Shown here one piece after another: positions 55,443 through 57,952 of a stretch of DNA of 57,952 bases; the first letter of the stretch is position 1, and each line of letters starts with the position of its first letter. The DNA lies in NCBI GenBank assembly GCA_964406075.1, contig CAYOQI010000007.1, forward strand, positions 1 through 57,952, written 5' to 3'. This DNA comes from an uncultured Pseudomonadales bacterium (GTDB lineage Bacteria; Patescibacteriota; Microgenomatia; UBA1400; PJMF01). Below the pieces are notes generated by a model. It was given only the letters and a program-made list of their open reading frames with translations. It was not told where the DNA came from and did no database searches. The translations under genes were made by a program, and so were the position numbers.

Positions 55443-55811
55443 ATGGCTCTCGTATCATTTCGTCAAGAAGTTCAACCTTTTCAAGCACCTCAGGAACTGA
55501 AAACTCCCCTTCTTCTTTGTCTACTTATTGTTGCTTTAAGTGGATTGATAACAGTTACCACGTATTCCCGGACACAACCTGAAATTCCTTTATTTTATTC
55601 CTTAGCACAGCCAGAACAACAACTTGTGAATAAACAATGGCTTTTCCTCTTTCCAATCGTATCTGCGGCTATTTTGGTCATTCACCGAATTTCGATTCAA
55701 TTTTTACGAAAACATGATGAAAAACTGACCAAGATTTTTACCTGGATGACTCTCTTTCTTTTAGCAGTACTAAACTTTGCTCTTGTTAGAATTTTATATG
55801 TAATTGGATAG
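55443..55811 (+). CDS. Hypothetical small membrane protein (3 TM)
   Basis: 122 aa and hydrophobic. First gene after the conserved promoter cassette, upstream of the WecA-like gene. Confidence 0.5.
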   Translation: MALVSFRQEVQPFQAPQELKTPLLLCLLIVALSGLITVTTYSRTQPEIPLFYSLAQPEQQLVNKQWLFLFPIVSAAILVIHRISIQFLRKHDEKLTKIFTWMTLFLLAVLNFALVRILYVIG

Positions 55812-55849
55812 CGCTGTTACTTTTTACTCTTTAATTATTACTTTCACTC

Positions 55850-56938
55850 ATGTTTTACTACATCCTCGCTCCTTTCATGAGTTTCTTGCTTGCAGCATAT
55901 ATTGCTCCCGCTGTCATTCGTTGGTACAAGAAGAATGACTGGATAGATCATCCTGATACCCATCGTCACGTCAAAGTTGTTCATACTTCCCCAATTCCAA
56001 GAGGTGGTGGAATCGTAATTGGTGTAGGAATACTTGCTAGTAGTCTTCTTTTTTTGCCAATGACAGCTCAAACGATTGCAATTTTATTGAGTGTCCTCGT
56101 ATTAACAATCATGGGAACATATGATGACATTTTTGATCTCAATCCCTACTTCAGATTTATTATTGGAGGTCTGGTTGCAGTGTTAGTGGTCGCTAGTGGA
56201 ATCACGGTTCAATATATTACAAACCCACTGGGCGAAGGAGTCATATTTCTCAATCAGCTGACAGTTTCACTTCCAATCGCTGGTCAAATAAAATCCTTTA
56301 GCATCTTCTCAAGCATCATTGGAATACTCTGGATTTTGTGGAATATGAATGTTGTGAACTGGTCAAAAGGGGTTGATGGTCAGCTTCCTGGAACAGTTGC
56401 CATCGCCGCATTTTTCATTGCCTTGCTAGCCAATCGATTCAATGGGGATCCCACTCAAACTCCAGTGATATTACTGTCATTAATCACTGCAGGCGCATAC
56501 CTGGGATTACTGGTTTGGAATATTTATCCTCAAAAAATGCTCCCTGGATATGGAGCTGGTTCTTTAGGTGGATTTTTACTGGCCGTCTTATCGATATTAT
56601 CTGGAGCCAAATTAGCTACTGCACTCTTAGTTTTAGCAATACCTACGGCCGATGCAGTATTCACCATTCTTCGTCGATTAGCTCGGAGAAAATCTCCATT
56701 TTGGGGAGACCGCGGTCATCTGCATCATAAACTGCTTGATGTTCTCGGATGGTCAAAACGTAAGATCGCCCTTTTTTATTGGTGTACCACTGCTTTTTTT
56801 GGTATCATTGCGCTTCAATTGAAGCCTGAACAAAAACTCTTTACAATAGTACTTATCATTAGTCTGGTGTTTGGATTTTTAATATGGGCCAAACTCTTTA
56901 TTTCCTTCTCAAAACGGCCCGCCCGAGACAATGGCTAA
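55850..56938 (+). CDS. Glycosyltransferase family 4 polyprenyl-phosphate sugar-1-phosphate transferase (WecA/MraY family)
   Basis: 362 aa with about 10 TM segments. Motifs: MGTYDDIFDL (DD motif), NMNVVNWSKGVDGQ (N-x-x-N-x-x-DG-x-DGL-like) and GDRGHLHHKLL (HHH-like). Confidence 0.75.
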   Translation: MFYYILAPFMSFLLAAYIAPAVIRWYKKNDWIDHPDTHRHVKVVHTSPIPRGGGIVIGVGILASSLLFLPMTAQTIAILLSVLVLTIMGTYDDIFDLNPYFRFIIGGLVAVLVVASGITVQYITNPLGEGVIFLNQLTVSLPIAGQIKSFSIFSSIIGILWILWNMNVVNWSKGVDGQLPGTVAIAAFFIALLANRFNGDPTQTPVILLSLITAGAYLGLLVWNIYPQKMLPGYGAGSLGGFLLAVLSILSGAKLATALLVLAIPTADAVFTILRRLARRKSPFWGDRGHLHHKLLDVLGWSKRKIALFYWCTTAFFGIIALQLKPEQKLFTIVLIISLVFGFLIWAKLFISFSKRPARDNG

Positions 56939-57819
56939 AAAATCTGGCGGTCTATGCAGCTCTGATTTTTTCAGGATTCTTTTTCTTTGAATTTCCTTTG
57001 TATCTTTTGACAGTAACTTCGTCATTCATTCTGTTTTGTATATTGTCCTCATGCATTTACATTATCAATGATATTGTCGATGCTGAAACAGACCGCAATC
57101 ATCCGTTCAAAAAGAAACGTCCGATTGCATCGGGTGAACTTCCGATTCCGACAGCACTATTCGCAGCTTGTGTCGGATTCGTGATTGTCTTCTTTCTCTC
57201 ATTATCGTTATCTCCATACTTTTTCATTTTGTGTTTTGCATACATCGTTTTACAAATTCTTTATTCTTTTCGGCTAAAACATATCCCTATTTTAGATGTC
57301 CTTTCAATTGCTGGTGGTTTCATTATCCGTATTTATGCGGGAGCGGTGGTGGTGAATCTGCACATGAGTGTCTGGTTTTTACTAACAGTTCTTTCTGCCT
57401 CACTCTTCTTAGCCGTAGGAAAAAGACAAAGCGAACGCACTCTTCTTGAAGGTCACTTAGGTCCAACCCGAAGAACCCTTCAACATTATTCCCAACGATT
57501 GCTTGATATTTATACTGGCATGTTTGCCAACACCACGTGGCTTACTTATGCACTCTATGCGTATCAAAGGGATGAGTTTGAACCAACAGGAAGTGTTCTG
57601 AAGGCATTCACGTTTCTTCCACGAACTTTTACTTCCGAAAAATGGTTAATGATCACAGTCCCATTAGTTATTTATGGAGTGATGAGATATTTACAACTCG
57701 TTTATGAAGCCAACCAGGGTGAATCACCAGAGCGTGTCTTATTACGTGATAAACCACTACTCGGTGCTGTCGTTATTTGGGGACTGATGGTGATGTTTAT
57801 TATTTACGGAATTGGATAA
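56884..57819 (+). CDS. UbiA-family prenyl-phosphate phosphoribosyltransferase-like protein (decaprenyl-phosphate 5-phosphoribosyltransferase-like)
   Basis: The N-terminal ARPRQWLKNL motif and the Asp-rich NDIVDAETDRNHP are characteristic of this UbiA subfamily. It overlaps the upstream gene by 55 nt. Confidence 0.7.
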   Translation: MGQTLYFLLKTARPRQWLKNLAVYAALIFSGFFFFEFPLYLLTVTSSFILFCILSSCIYIINDIVDAETDRNHPFKKKRPIASGELPIPTALFAACVGFVIVFFLSLSLSPYFFILCFAYIVLQILYSFRLKHIPILDVLSIAGGFIIRIYAGAVVVNLHMSVWFLLTVLSASLFLAVGKRQSERTLLEGHLGPTRRTLQHYSQRLLDIYTGMFANTTWLTYALYAYQRDEFEPTGSVLKAFTFLPRTFTSEKWLMITVPLVIYGVMRYLQLVYEANQGESPERVLLRDKPLLGAVVIWGLMVMFIIYGIG

Positions 57820-57827
57820 TCAATTAT

Positions 57828-57900
57828 CGTCATCCTGAAAGATCAAGTCGAATTCGTCGAATAATCAAAACAATAAGATGAGACATGAATGTTCAGGACC
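57828..57900. repeat. Type-A hairpin repeat, copy 3
   Basis: CGTCATCCTGAAAGATCAAG...CATGAATGTTCAGGACC immediately after the UbiA-like stop. Confidence 0.85.
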
Positions 57901-57901
57901 T

Positions 57902-57952
57902 CTTAACTCTTAACTCTTAACTCTTAACTCTTAACTCTTAACTCTTAACTCT
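57902..57952. repeat. Heptanucleotide tandem repeat (CTTAACT), at least 7 copies, running off the window end
   Basis: Perfect 7-nt periodicity read directly. Confidence 0.9.

Noticed and set aside
57902-57952. Possible CRISPR array
   Set aside because: The units are 7 nt and contiguous, with no spacers. No cas genes are in the window.
1-57952. Alternative genetic code (UGA recoding, as in some CPR lineages)
   Set aside because: Many well-conserved genes (murL-like, PolX, comM, gltX and others) end at TGA at the expected lengths. No conserved protein appears split at an in-frame TGA.

Overview
AT-rich, very gene-dense bacterial window with short or overlapping gene junctions and standard stop-codon usage. 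The gene content fits a small-genome, CPR/Patescibacteria-like organism, possibly Microgenomates-like. That placement is inference only and was not checked against any database. All protein-family calls come from motifs read by eye.

Housekeeping genes:
- Cell wall: murL-like/murD, uppP, and an S11 D-Ala-D-Ala carboxypeptidase.
- tRNA modification and charging: miaB-like/miaA, metG, gltX.
- Glycolysis: a tpiA-pgk-gap block.
- DNA transactions: pyrH, a PolX core, an MGMT-like protein, UvrD/PcrA, RmuC and ComM/YifB.
- RNA genes: RNase P RNA (minus strand, about 10461-10794) and tRNA-Cys(GCA) (4679-4751).

Most notable region: a large cell-envelope glycosylation island at about 33.2-50.2 kb, continuing at 53.8-57.8 kb. 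It holds seven GT-C-like polytopic membrane proteins:
- one GT87/DUF2029-like;
- three ArnT/PMT_2-like;
- one GT39 PMT-like;
- two DUF2298 'YYY'-family paralogues.

The island also holds two polyprenyl-phosphate GT2 synthases, two Rossmann FAD oxidoreductases, a SAM methyltransferase, a CapA-like protein, a WecA/MraY-family transferase and a UbiA-family decaprenyl-phosphate phosphoribosyltransferase-like gene.

Best candidate for an undescribed system: the mirror-duplicated FAD-oxidoreductase + DUF2298 module around a lipid-phosphate GT2 and a methyltransferase (37.4-45.9 kb).

Other signals:
- Eight copies of a 'GTCATCCTGA'-headed hairpin repeat family, all sitting at gene 3' ends.
- A recurrent -10 box placed 6-8 nt before the ATG, which suggests leaderless mRNAs.
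- An attenuator-like unit of leader ORF plus terminator upstream of pyrH.
- A dockerin-tagged PQQ sugar dehydrogenase.
- A truncated TasA-like protein with a SipW-type signal peptide.
- Heptanucleotide tandem repeats.

No CRISPR array, transposase, integrase or recognisable defence operon was seen.
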